Source: Vezdaea acicularis (lineage: Eukaryota). From it: a DNA stretch of 63,532 nucleotides. The stretch lies in the NCBI GenBank assembly GCA_026025075.1, contig JAPEUI010000096.1, positions 1-63,532 of the forward strand, given 5' to 3'. The position numbers were made by a program, and so were the translations under genes. Positions 10,775 through 23,900 of this stretch are shown here, piece by piece (position 1 is the stretch's first letter; each line of letters opens with the position of its first letter). The notes under the pieces were generated by a model. It was not told where the DNA came from and made no database searches. It was given only the letters and a program-made list of their open reading frames with translations.

Positions 10775-13762
10775 TTATGCAATTTCCACGAAACCACGCT
10801 TCTTTAAGCTCGGGATCTTTTCGTTCCATGCTTCTTCGTCGACATAATCCTTGGACCCACTCTCATCGATTGCCCTTCCCATAAACCTTAACCCGGCGAT
10901 GTTTACGCCCATTTCATCCTTTTGTCTCTTTAAGGACAGTCGAAGGCTTCCTCGGATTTCATCAAGCAAAGATCGCATCATTTTGCTTGCTATAATTTGG
11001 CGATGATGTATTTTTAGCATGAAAAAGAGTATTCGACATGTCAACGATATATTCCATCCTTTGTCCGCCCAGAATTTGAGGAAAATAAAGAGTTGTGGGA
11101 CTCGCGCAAATGGGAGGACGATAAGGGCGTCTTGCAGGGCAGCGGCGTGTATCTTCTGGATCACATTGAGGACATGCTGCTCTGCAGATATATTACCCAT
11201 GGCTATGAAAAGTAGATTCCGGGCTGGTGGGACAAGGCCAGGTTTCTCGGATTTCGCTTTGGCCCAAGCCTGCATGAGCTCCAAGTCCTCGATTCCGACA
11301 TCAAGAGCCTCGACTATCTTTTCTCCTGCCATCAAAGTTTCAGTTGTCTGCTTTCCAGCTGTTTGAACCTCATTCTGTGTTTGATCAGTTTGTTCCAGCG
11401 AGGCCGTTAAGGTCTGCTCGTACATCTCTTCAAACTCTTTCTCCCGCTCTTCCTCAAGAAATATTTGCTCGTCGGTCTGCTTCCATATGCGTATGCTTTT
11501 GTCATGGCTTGCGCTGATAAAGTAGTCTCCAGATCGGCTGACGGCTAGCGCCCATATTTCGCCGTGGTGGCCATCCAACTTCTGAATTTGCTCGAACTTG
11601 TCACCGTCCCAATACTTGATCAGCCGATCTTTACTAGCGCTTAAGAAATGGTGTCCATTTCCATCCCGGTTGTGAGGAATGAAGGAGACCTGCATGATAC
11701 TGTCTTGGTGAGCGAAAAAGGCCTTGTGGCAGTCACCAAAATCGAGACCCCAAAGTCGCACGTTTTTGTCTGCGGAGCAAGTCACTATCAGCTTGCTATC
11801 GAAGGAAATGTCCATATTCAGTACAGGCAATTTATGCCCGTAAAGATTAAGAAAGTGCTTAAGAGTGTCAAGGAAGAAGATTTTGACTGTGTTGTCCAGC
11901 TGCGCAACAGCAAGTAGTCGTGAATCAGGACTGAATCGAAGACTAAGCACGTCGTCTGTTACTTTCAACGTCCGAGTGTGTACTAGGCGAAGCTGGGGGC
12001 TGGTTCTTCGAGTGCCAGGAACTTCTTCCTGGACGATACGAAAGTTCCAAAATTTGACCGTTTTGTCCGCGCTCCCAGTTGCCATTGACTTCCCGTCAGG
12101 ATGAACCTGTAAAGTCCATATCGGCCCTTCATGGGCCTTCACCACTTCCGTCATCGAAGATGAGACGACATCAAATACTTCCAAATCTCCGCTTTTGGTA
12201 CCAACGGTGACAATTTTGTCACCTGGCAAGAAGGAGCAACAAAGTGCATATCCACAGTCAAATGTCCTTATACATCTCTGAGCCTTGACATTCCAGATTT
12301 TGAGACTGCCATTCGATGCAGAGGCTAACATCTTATCGTCCGAACTTATAGACAGCGCTCGTATGTCATTCCTGTGTCCTGGCAAGTCGACTGAGTACGT
12401 TCTGGAGTAATTGGGATGTGAGCTTCTTGAATCTTTCGCGATATGGGATACTCCATAAGTTTCTAATTGATTGTTGGCAGTGGCAACAAGTAATTGCACT
12501 GACTTGTTCCCACTTAGCGCATCCCATGAGATTGAGCGAACTTTTCCTCCAGTACGAACGATAACATGTGGGACGAATATCTCTGAGACATCAGCCTCAG
12601 ATAAATCAATGTGACCTATCTCGTTGTCTAGTACGGCTTCTCTTGCTTTAGCTTCTCTTTCCGCTTTCTCCCTCTTTCGACGACGTTTTCGTGATAAAGT
12701 TTTCTGGACTTCACCTTCTGACTTGATGCGCCATATTTCAACAGCTTTCTCTGATCCATGGACAGCGAAGTAGTCCTCGTGAGGCGAGAACTTCACCCCT
12801 AACGTACGCTCCCTTCCTTGGCGCAAAAGAGTCCCCATACTGCGCAGGAATGACTTTTCTACATCCTCAGAATAACGGCTCTTGAGCAATTTTAGACCAT
12901 CCGAATCAATAGACCAGAATCGCAGCTCTCCATCATTGCCAGCAGTGATGAGCCTGCCATCTCTAGATGCGCTTGCCAGCGCCCAGCACTCTCCACTTGT
13001 CTGGACGACATGTGTTTCAATGCAGTGACGTGAATCAAGGTCCCAAAGCTTTAGGAGAGAATCCTTTCCCGTCGAAATGATGAAGCCTGCCTCAGTATCA
13101 GTCCCTATCTGGTCATTGAAGAGTTCCTCGTTCGACTCCTGTGAAGCCGGATCAAGGAAGCTCAGCCCAGTGATCTGATCTTTGTGGCCTCGAAGCCTAA
13201 ACAATCCGACCTCGGAAACAAGATCCCACACGATGATATCCGTGTCTTTCGCCCCACTTGCAAGTTGTACTCCGGATTTATTGAATGTTAACGTCGTAAC
13301 TGCAGAGCGGTGTCCGTTGAATGTTACGATTACAGATGAATATTTCGAGTCCCACAGCCTAATACTGCCATCTTCATAGCTGCACCAGGATAGATTAGCG
13401 GTTTTTTTGGGTCGCTTTTACTCATCAAAGACCATACCCTACAGCGAAGACCTCTGGATCTTGTACACTTTGCTCAATGACCGTGACTTCAGATTTGCAT
13501 TTCGGATCCAGCCATCTTTTCAGTAACTCTCCCTTCTTGACGTCCCAGCACAATACTCCTTCGTTCGCCGGTGCCACAGCACGACCAGCGCCAGTACTGC
13601 GCAAGGCTGTTTTTGGGTCATGGCTATCCGACGTCCACACAACGTTGGAGCTAAGAGATGTTATAACTCCAAAGGTCTGGTCATGCTCATACTTCCTGTG
13701 CAATCCAGGTCAGCGATGCAAGGTGTAGAGTCATGAAGTTCTTACAGGTATGATTTGACCAT
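10775..13762 (-). CDS. DIP2: U3 snoRNP WD40 protein Dip2/Utp12
   Basis: Start MVKSYLR, many WD40 repeats (LYGHKLPVLNMDISFDSKLIVTCSADKNVRLWGLDFGDCHKAFFAH) and a Utp12 C-terminal domain; two 5' introns. Confidence 0.95.
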
Positions 13763-14044
13763 CTTCAAGTCGCTTGCGCACCGGAAATTTCTCTTGGTCC
13801 ACAAACAGTGACTAGGTCTTCCTATAACTGTAAATAAGCTTTGACGTGCATAACACAGCACTAACCGGATAACCTTCGCTTGAATGGGCTAACCTAAGGT
13901 TATCGCTTGCACTTGTTCCGGCCAAAGTAGTCAACTTTGAGTCGCCAGGTGACCCTCCGAGTCACGGAAGCAAAGAAACCACGCTGAAAAAGCTTGCCAT
14001 AGTCCTCCCTAAATTGATTGAGCTTTACTTTCATTTCAACAAAT

Positions 14045-15327
14045 ATGCTTCTCCTGGATTATCAAAATGTCCTTATTCAATCGCTGCTTACGGAACGGTT
14101 TTCCGGGTCCGTATCACCCTACAACGAGTAGGAGATGAACCAATACTGAACTGATATCATTCAGAGCGCCCCCGGTATCGATCGATCAAGTAGTCTCCGA
14201 CTTTGATGGGGTGACATTCCATATTTCCACTCCTGAAATGAAGTCAAAAATTCAGATCTCGCTATCTGTGCGTTGCTACAACGAGCTGGTCAAATTTGGA
14301 GCAAAATCAGTCCTAGAAAGAGAATATGGACCTTACATTGTGGCACCTGAACAAGGGTATGACTTCTCCCTAGTTCTGGACCTTGAAAATCTTCCTGCAG
14401 ATAAGGGTGAGTCCTATGGTCGTCCAATATAGAACCCTTAGAACTGACAATGATCGAGAATCTCGTGATGATCTGATCCGACGGGTTTCATTGTTGAAAC
14501 GCAATGCTATGGCTGCACCTTTCGAGCGCGCTTTTGACGAGTTCTCACACCTTCAAGCTGAGGCATCAAAGTTTACTTCCGAGTCTGCTCCTGAAGGTGT
14601 TCGCGAAGGGGGAGAAGTTATGGCGATTCATTATAGAGATGAAGAGGCGATTTACATCAAGGCGAGCCATGATAGAGTCACAGTAATCTTTAGTACTGTG
14701 TTCCGAGAAGAGACTGATCGAATATTCGGGAAGGTTTTCCTACAAGTCTGGGCACCCCTGAAGCCCTTCATGTCAATATCAGCTGACCCTTGGCCTGATT
14801 CAGGAATTTGTTGATGCCAGGAGAAGAGCTATTCAGAATGCACCCCAGGTGTTGTTCAGGAATGACCCTCCCTTAGAACTGCAGAATGTGCCAGGTCTCA
14901 AAGACTCAGGAGCTGGGGAGATAGGTTACGTTACTTTCGGTATGCATATGATAATCCCCACATGGTATAGTGCTCATCTTTTAGTATTATTTCCTCGGCA
15001 TTTGATGACTCAACGGCGCGAGGAGGTCATCTCACACATTCAGACATTCCGCGACTATTTTCACTATCATATCAAAGCGTCTAAGGTTAGTAACTGATAC
15101 GCTAATCGTTACTGCTGTATTCTCCTCATAATCTCGAGCTTCTGCAATAATCATTTACTGCAAACAGGTTTCATGGTACGTCTGCTGATACTTTATAGGC
15201 CTTTATCCACTCGAGGATGCGGAAGCGAACTGCAGACTTTCTCCAAGTTTTACGGCGGGCAAGACCGGAGAACGAGGAGAAAGAACGCAAAACTGCAAGT
15301 GGGCGGACTTTCAGAGTACAAGGATGA
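14045..15327 (+). CDS. ARC35: Arp2/3 complex 34-kDa subunit (ARPC2), multi-exon
   Basis: MLLLDYQNVLIQSLL, SDFDGVTFHIST, DRVTVIFST, FRDYFHYHIKASKAFIHSRMRKR. Confidence 0.96.
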
Positions 15328-15610
15328 AACATGAAAACTTTGTCAATTATCATCTCAGTAAGCCGTATACGTTAGATGAAATGTTAGGCAGTATTGTGAG
15401 CGCTCCGTTGAAGATGGGAGACTCCAAGTATAATTAAGCCGATATCTATTGAAAACTCCTAAAAAATTTAAAAGAAAAATTTAAAGGGTATAAACAGCGC
15501 GCTGAAAGCTTGGTCTGATTCAATGTGATTTGCCCGGATTGTATGTCAAACCTGTTTCCATTCTTTGAGTTTCTCGGCACTCAAGATCTTCCCGCCTCCC
15601 TATTAAAATC

Positions 15611-16428
15611 ATGCAAGGGCCGACCTCATCGAATAATGACAAGACTAATCAAGCCAATAAGCGTTCAAAAACACTTAGAGGTGCTGAATGGTCGCACTAC
15701 GCGGACCCCCAGAATATAATTCCGACTTTACTGCTCACCTCTACAGTGCTACTACTCGTACATTTTTACAGATCTTATCTCAGGCGCATACCCGAGGCGA
15801 CCAATATCTCATCTGGATTCTTTAGAAAGCGAAGTCTGTTTGGGAGGGTTACAAGCGTGGGAGATGGAGATAACTTTCGACTGTTTCATACGCCAGGAGG
15901 TAGATTTGCGGGCTGGGGCTGGATGCCAGGACGAATAGTACCCAAGAAACGAGATAAATTAAAGGCACGAACGGTACCATTATCCTCATCTGGTTGTTTT
16001 GGGTCAAAAGCTAATCTACTTCCCTCTAGGTGCACGTTAGGCTTGCTGGGATAGATGCTCCAGAACTAGCCCACTTTGGACGACCTGCACAACCATATTC
16101 AGACGAAGCATTGAGTTGGCTGCGGGCCTATATCCTAGACCGAAGAGTCCGAGCATATGTCTACAAACGTGATCAATACGACCGGGTGGTAGCAACGGTC
16201 TATGTTCGTCGAGGGCTATTTCGGAGAGATGTAGGATTACAGATGCTTAGAAAAGGGCTGGCTACTGTCTACGAAGCAAAGTCGGGAGCAGAATTCGGAA
16301 GATTCGAGAGTAAATATCGGAGTGCAGAAAGGTGGGCAAAGCTATGGAAGAAGGGGATCTGGGCCGGGAACAGAAGTGAGTTTGAAAGTCCTAGGGAGTA
16401 TAAAACAAGGATGGGTGCTGGGGGATGA
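15611..16428 (+). CDS. LCL3: Staphylococcal-nuclease-family endonuclease Lcl3 (2 exons; start uncertain)
   Basis: TM segment then [52 protein letters not shown]. Confidence 0.9.
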
Positions 16429-16899
16429 GCTTTCACAGCAGTGACCTGGAGGGCTTCTGTCGCATCGTTCTGGTATCTTAGGAGTACTCAGCAGGCGTTC
16501 AAGCATTGGCTCTTTAGAACCTTGCTTGAAATGCAAGTGACATGACTGAATCTGTTATATTACAATTCCAACTTTCGAGCCTTCGCAGAGCATACTTCAT
16601 TCCTCTCATAATTAGAGCCTGCCTGCTTATGTAGGAAAATTACTCTTGCTTCAACCTTCCTACACTATCGCACCATTCGTGATTACCTGTGGTACATCAG
16701 AAGACGTGAGGTTCAAAAGGGCTGCATCGGATATAACTCGGGGCCCCCGCAAGCGAGGCTAAAGCTCGGCTTGAAACTCAGCCTCCACAATTCACAAGCA
16801 ACTCCCAGCGCCAAGGGCCTGCTGCCTTCTTTAAAGACCGTCTCACTTGACATAACTACTACCATAAGATAATTCCCTAGATTTGATTCTCATTCTCTC

Positions 16900-18267
16900 A
16901 TGATGAAGAAATTTGGTTTTAGCAAAAAGTCTACAGATAGAGGTGGAGAAGAGGACGATGGCCGATCCGCTTTATTTGGCTCGCGCTCGAAAAAGTCCTC
17001 ACCAGCTCCAGCATCGGCGAACCCCTACGCACAGCCGCAAGGTGTATCGGACCCTTATGCTCAAGATACAAACAAGTATTCCAACATGGGTCAACCCTAC
17101 TCCCAGCGTAGTCGATCATATGGTCAGGACGCCCAAAGTAAGGGAGCCTATGAGGGCCCAGATGGTAATGACCGTGGAGGTCGAGGAGGCGTAAATAACA
17201 GAGGAGGCTATGGTGCAGAAAAATATGGGAATGGTGGGGGGTATGGAGATGACCGATACGGCACGGGTTCAACGCGTCCTGGAGGCTATGGTGGCCTTGG
17301 ACGGACTGAGAGCTATAACACTACAACGACGGAAGACAATAGAGATGCTCTCTTTGGAGGTGCGAGAGAACGCAATCAGCAAAAGCCTTCAGTACCAACT
17401 ATGGGACAGCAAGGCAATTACAATCAGGGTAGCGGCTACGGGGTACCCAGCGCGTACGGTGAAGACAGCGGTGGATACGGAGCTTATGGCGAAGAACGGC
17501 AACTCACCGCCGAAGAGCAAGAAGCAGAAGATGTTGAGGCAGACAAGCAACAGATTCGGTTCATGAAAAAAGAAGACGTTGGGGCTACAAGGAGAGCTCT
17601 TCAAATGGCAAACCAGGCAGAAGAATCTGGAAGGTCGACCTTAGAACGGCTAGGAGCCCAAGGCGAACGGATTCATAACGTTGAGAAGAATCTTGATATC
17701 GCACACAACCAGAATCGTATCGCAGAAGAAAGGGCAAAGGAGATTAAGACTCTCAACCGGAGCATGTTTGCCGTCCACGTCAAGAACCCTCTGAACAGCG
17801 CTCAACGTCGCCAGCAGCGGGATGAGGAGGTTTTAGCTAAGCACCAGGTAGAACGTGAACAGCGAGACAACGCCCGGCAGGCTGCATATGGAACAAGAGC
17901 TCGGACAGGAGAAGCTCTGGGTCAGTTGCAGCCGGGTGATGCTGGCTACAAGCCTCCGCCGAAGAAGAACCTCGCCGAACGTGCTAAATACCAATTCGAG
18001 GCAGATAGTGAAGATGACGAGATGGAGAACGAGATTGACTCCAACCTGGACGCCCTCAGCGGCGCAGCGGGAAGACTCAACCTTTTAGCCCGAGCTACTG
18101 GAAAGGAAGTAGATGAGCAAAACAAGCACATCGAACGAATCATCCAAACGGTAGGTCGTGTTGCAATAATGGTTCTTGAGTTGCAGTCTGCTTACAAATG
18201 AAATATAGGCTGATCGGGTCGATGATGGCATTGCCATGAACCGCGCTCGGCTGGACCGCATCCATTA
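16900..18267 (+). CDS. SEC9: Plasma-membrane t-SNARE Sec9 (SNAP-25 family)
   Basis: Gly/Tyr-rich N-terminus and two SNARE helices (TLERLGAQGERIHNVEKNLD; EMENEIDSNLD); final short exon after an intron at ~18151-18208. Confidence 0.94.
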
Positions 18268-19078
18268 GTATTTGCTCAACGATTGTGCGAGCACCAGAGA
18301 AGGCAATCTTTAACTATAATCGATGAGAATAACGTTCTTTTTACCTCATGCTCCATGACATTGCCGTGAAAGAAAATGAGCTACGCATGTACAATCAGGT
18401 TCTGCGGACGAGGGAACCAGCGCGTGTCTTCGGACGATATACTCGGCTCCTACAGAGCGGGGTGGTGGAGAGTGGCCGCACCAGGCCACAATTAGCTCAG
18501 ACTCAAGTAATCTAGTCTAGTTACGCTCTTGCTCTATGCCGCATGTGATAGGTTGGATGCTACGAATCAGCCGCGGATGTCGGAACAGAGAGAAACCGAT
18601 AATTGCCAGGGTTCGGTCAGGGACGGCAAGTGTAATAATTTCGGATGCTGACAAAACGCTTTGAAATACCTACGAAAGGCGACAAGTGCACTCACAAGAG
18701 CTCGACTGTGCATTTTCCCACAAGGTGCTGCGGGAGGATCCTGGTCTAGTCACTCGATCCTTCCCCCATTTGCGCAAGCCCGCAAGATGGTGATTGGTGT
18801 GCTGGCCGAATTGAGGCCGGTGCTACTCGTCACTTGTTATCGCAAGTGGGGCATTTGCATCACTTGCAATGGTTTCGCAATGGGCCTTCCTTCCCGCTGG
18901 GACTTGGGAGATTTCCATGTACTTCAGTGGGAGAAGTATAAAGTTCAGCTCGTTCGCCTCTTGCTACCACCTTTGCCGTGAAGCATAGTTCTTGTTTCTC
19001 TGCGAATTCGAATTGCCCCCCTCATTCTTCCGCATCTCCCTTCCCGACACTTACGCCAGTTCGTCGAATCTCATCAGC

Positions 19079-19882
19079 ATGGCTCCTAAAGTTGCCATCG
19101 TCATTGTAAGACCGCTCCTGTCTCGGGATGATGCTAGAGGCGAGCCCAAGCTTTGACAGCCTTGCCTGACTTGCACGTTTAGTACTCCCTGTACGGGCAT
19201 ATTGCCAAACTGGCCGAAGCCGAGAAAAAGGGCATCGAGGAAGCTGGCGGAACAGCTGAAATATACCAGTGACTTTCTCTCGTCTTAGAGATTCAATCGT
19301 TCCGGTCCTAACCTCTACTTACCATAGAGTTGCAGAGACACTTCCCGAGGAAGTCCTCACGAAGATGAAGGCCCCTCCTAAGCCAGATTATCCAATTGTC
19401 AATCCTACAACCCTTTTAAATCATGATGCTTTCCTCATGGGCGTCCCAACTCGTTATGGGAATATGCCAGCTCAGTGGAAAGCATTCTGGGACAGCACAG
19501 GTCAAGTTTGGGCGACTGGTGGCTACGTTGGAAAGTATGTTGGAGTCTTCGTTTCTTCTGGGAGCTCAGGTGGTGGGCAGGAGTCTACTGCCATTGCCTG
19601 CATGAGCACGATTGCTCACCATGGTCTTATTTACGTCCCTCTCGGATATGGGACTGCGTTCCCAATATTAACAAACCTGAGCGAGGCTCGAGGTGGTTCT
19701 CCGTGGGGAGCTGGGACGTTTGTGAGTACTTCCTTACCTACCCATTGTCATGGCGCCTTGGCTTATGTTGTCGTTAGGCTGGCGATGGAACCCGCACACC
19801 TTCATCACTTGAACTTGAGCTAGCCCAAATTCAGGGGAAACTTTTCTATAGCACTGTCTCGAAGGTCGACTTCTCCAAGTGA
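19079..19882 (+). CDS. Flavodoxin-like NAD(P)H:quinone oxidoreductase (WrbA/Pst2/Ycp4 family), 4 exons
   Basis: [52 protein letters not shown]. Confidence 0.94.
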
Positions 19883-20938
19883 CTACGTGATAATGCCATG
19901 CGAGAAGATGCAAGTCGCAAATATTAGCTCTAATAAATGAGGAAATTTTGTGGCAATGGACAAGGAGCGCCTGAACCACCTCTACCATGGAAGGCTAAGG
20001 GAAAGGGAGGTTCCTGCGGTCTACCCTCAAAATGCAAAATACTCTTAAGACGGCGCGATTGGTTTTATGTTATTCTTACGTCCAGTAGATAATGTTTATA
20101 AGGCAATCATCTAGTTTGTTTGCGTCCCTTCAGCAGTGAAATATCAGCATGCACGTTTCTGTCCCATCCCGGTCGAGTTTGATTCTCCCTTTCAGCTCTA
20201 CACTAAAGGCGTTCGTCCAAACACTCTTCGTCGTGCGTCCCTCTGAAAGCAAACTTCCATCGATATCCACTGGCTTTTCCAATTCGCTTTCAAGAAAATG
20301 ATACCTGTCCTCAAAAGGTCTTGAGCTCTGGCGCCCAACCAATCGTACAAGGGAATAGAGAGTAGAATAATCCAACCACAACATCGGTCGGGGCGATCGA
20401 AGATGGAACACACGTTCCATGGTCGGCGCATTTCGTTTCCTTGGAAAGATTTATGCAGGACTTAAGCGCTTGCTGCGTATGTATAATTCCGCGACTAGTC
20501 AAATATCAGCTTGATGAGCTGCGTGAAGAAAGTCCCATGGATCCGCGTGAGGGAAGTCCCACGAATCGCTGTAGGAGCAATTGGATTTAGGAAAGTGACA
20601 CGAAACAAAGCTTGGTCAAGTTGCACTTGTTTACACGATATACTAGGCTGAGGGTAGGCCGCTACACGTTTAGCAGTACTAAATACGTAGTGGATGGCTC
20701 TAACAGCTGCGGCCAGCTGCAGCGTTGCCAAGTCAATTGGTAGCAACCAGTGCGGGATCTCATCAGTCTTCACGTATGCTATCGTGCTCATGAAGTGCGC
20801 CACCGCATGACGTAGAAAGGTGATTTGATGTAGAGTACACATAGTCTAACAGGGTTTCCGTTCACATAGTAGCATATCCACATCTAAGCTCGTGACAATG
20901 GGCCATCATTCCTAATATGCAAAAATCCCTTTTCCTGA

Positions 20939-23900
20939 TCAATGCAAGAGATTCCTGAGAGAGGGGCTTGCGCTAGCACCGCTAGGCGTGCGGCCTTCGC
21001 CAGGTCTTCGGCTTCCACCCATATATCCATTAGGGGCGGATTCTCCAGGCGTAGTTGGCCGACCTTGTATCAGTGAGCTGCTGCCATGAGCGGGACCAAA
21101 AGTGTGCTGGACTGGGTGGTGAGGGGGTAGTTGATGATGCTGATAAGGTTGATCCGGATATCGGGGCGCGTAGGGTCCATTTACTAGGTGCTGGTGTGGG
21201 ATCGGAGGCGGGTTGTCGTTCATGACATGCCTAGGAGGCGGCCCACTCATCATGGGCGGAGCATGAGCTATCACTCCGTTGATCTGATGAGGCGATCCAT
21301 GTAGCTGTGGCGATCTAATGTTTTGAGGAGGTGGCACGTTGGTAGCGTACCCATTGAAGAGAGGAGGGTTTCCTGTATGTGTAGGAGACATGCTATTGAC
21401 AAGGGGAGGGTGTGTTGCAGTAGGTGGTGGATGCCAAGCTTGATAGTGCCCCATCGACGATTGGTGAGCAGAAGGCCACTGAGGCTGGTGATTGGGCGCA
21501 TGCGAAACAGGTAAGATCGGAGGTGACTGTTGAGCCTGTATTTGTGGCTGTGGCAGCAACGCCGCTACTTGTGGCGGTGGTGAGGGCGGTTCCTCGAGCT
21601 TCTTGAGAAAGCATTTATGGCACATATAGGCTGAGTTTTCTTCTCCAACTGCGGCGGTGTCAACAGTGAGAGCAGCCGCAGCAAGAGCAGTGGAAGTTTC
21701 TAGAGGTTCACGGCCGGTGGAAACACCGTTCAGCCTCATTTGATGAGTTGCATCGGGATTCCTGGAATGGGTATTGCCGTTGGTGATACCTGCAATCCGG
21801 GTAACTCCCCACAGATCCATGGGATCATCTGTGTGAAGAGGAACCTGACCTGGTGATTGTTTTGGATTTTTGGGTTTTCTTGCGGCGACCTTCCTCCACC
21901 TCGGGCTCACGTCGACACCACAGGTGATACAGACCCGTTTACTCGGGTCTGCCTCTTTGGCACTTATCAGAAGTTCGTGATCTTCAAGGTCTTCTCCCTT
22001 GAAAGTTGTTCTTGTGGCTGATTGTGATGTACCCGAAAAACCCGCAGTAGTTGCTGTGGAAGCTCTTCTGTTCCCTGTCGCCGATGCTACTGACGTGACG
22101 GCTTTTGTAGATTGGTTGACAAGGTTTGCCTTCCGAACGGTTCCTGTCAAAGTCAAGTCGGCTTGCTTATAACTTTGCACGTAGAGTTGCATGGCATTGA
22201 TGCCTGCCTCGTCTACAACCTCGTCCATCGAATGAATTATTGTCTTGACCGAATGGTCTTTACACCAAACGGCGGCAGTCATTGAACCAGATTCATTCCC
22301 TAAGTTTACCGTGTTGACAAGATCTCGGCGCGAGCTTTTGACTGGGGTGATATCAAATCCTAGGACGTAGCCTCGCTGTTTCGCACAACCAACATGAACT
22401 ATATTGTCAGCATGAAAACTCTCTAGAACAGGGTGGGTGCTCGTGGACTTACCGGGAGCGTGACAAGCGTGACAAGTGACGCACGCACCAGCGCTTGTCT
22501 TGCAGAGCTTGCAAACCTGCTCAAACTTGAAAGACGGAATGGTACCCAAGCCCTCCAATGGCTCCAGGGCTTTGGCATTACCAAACTTCAGCTCGGGTGT
22601 CCACACAGCACAGACGACATGGACCCAATTATTTCCAGCAGTTCGTTTAAGGGGCTCCCGAGGATTTACTGGTCGATTCATGTCCTCTTGCCTCTGACGG
22701 TAGAACTCAGCCGCAGCAACCGCTCTTTCGCGCTCAAGGCGGTCCTTTTCACGTTCTTTGTCTGTTTTCTTCTTGTGCGAAATCTTCGGTGGCTCAACAA
22801 AATCATGTTCTGTATGCCGCACCGGACATAATAGGCACTCATAGGACTATTCAAGTCAGCGGGTATAGGTGATAGAATTGACAGACAACATACCGTTGAG
22901 ACTTGGGGATTTTTGTCGTTTGAGCACATGTCACACACCCATTTTAACACATTTCGGACCTCACTGACTCCATAGCATTGACGGTGTACTGTCATGCGGC
23001 ACTCCTTGCAAGAGAGGTGCTGCTCTCCCATAGGTTCCATTTTGTCGCAGATCGCACAAGGTAATACCTTGGGCTTTGGCATCTCGGGTGTTGGAGAGCG
23101 TTCTGGTTTTTCAGTGATCTTCTTTTTATTTCCGGCACTAGTAATTGACACAGAAGTTGAGGTTGGAGTTGCTCCTCGGTCTTTCTCGGATCCAAGTTTC
23201 GCCTTCTTTTTAGGGGGCTGGTCTTGCGTCCCTTGGGAGTTGGAGGTCACACCGTTGGTGCTGTTCACGGGATGAACAACCACATTTGAGGCGTTACTGT
23301 TGTTAGATTGTGATCCTTCGTTTGCGACCATTAGCTCTTTCAAAAGCTCTTCGTCGATCCTCCTCTTCCAAGCAAGACCGCCCCGCTGAGTTACCTTCTT
23401 TAATATTTCTTCTGGGTCTTCCCACTGCACACCGTAGCGTCGCCAGAGCTCAGCACAGCGTCGACATAGAGCAAGCATGTACTGGGCACCTTTGTCTTTA
23501 GACCCACCTTTTAAAAAGAGATCCGCGGATATCGTTGCTCCCGGCGTTACATTCGGAGCCCTACGCCATTGTCTTGACTTGGTCGTCTTACAGAATTTGC
23601 AGGCAAACCCCCTCTTCTTCTCAACCGCTTTATCATTATCAAATGCTGAATCGTCGTCATCATCTGCCACGTCGTCCACGAGTTTAGACGAGTTGACTTC
23701 AACACGCTTAGCTTGCTTCTTCCCTTTCCTCCCTTCATAATTGCCCCAGATCTGCATCCCAGCATCAGTTTTCTTCCACACGTAGTAAAATCGAACAATA
23801 TCTGCATGTTCGCGAGTTCCGACATGCTTGGTGATGTTGTAGAGTTCGGAACCGTGCATTCTAACACCCTCTTCGAACCGTTTGACCTCGTCTTTACTGA

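Noticed and set aside
20130..20842. ORFs of 96 and 115 aa between the quinone reductase and SNT2
   Set aside because: No recognisable family and no clear splice structure; probably 3' UTR or intergenic DNA.
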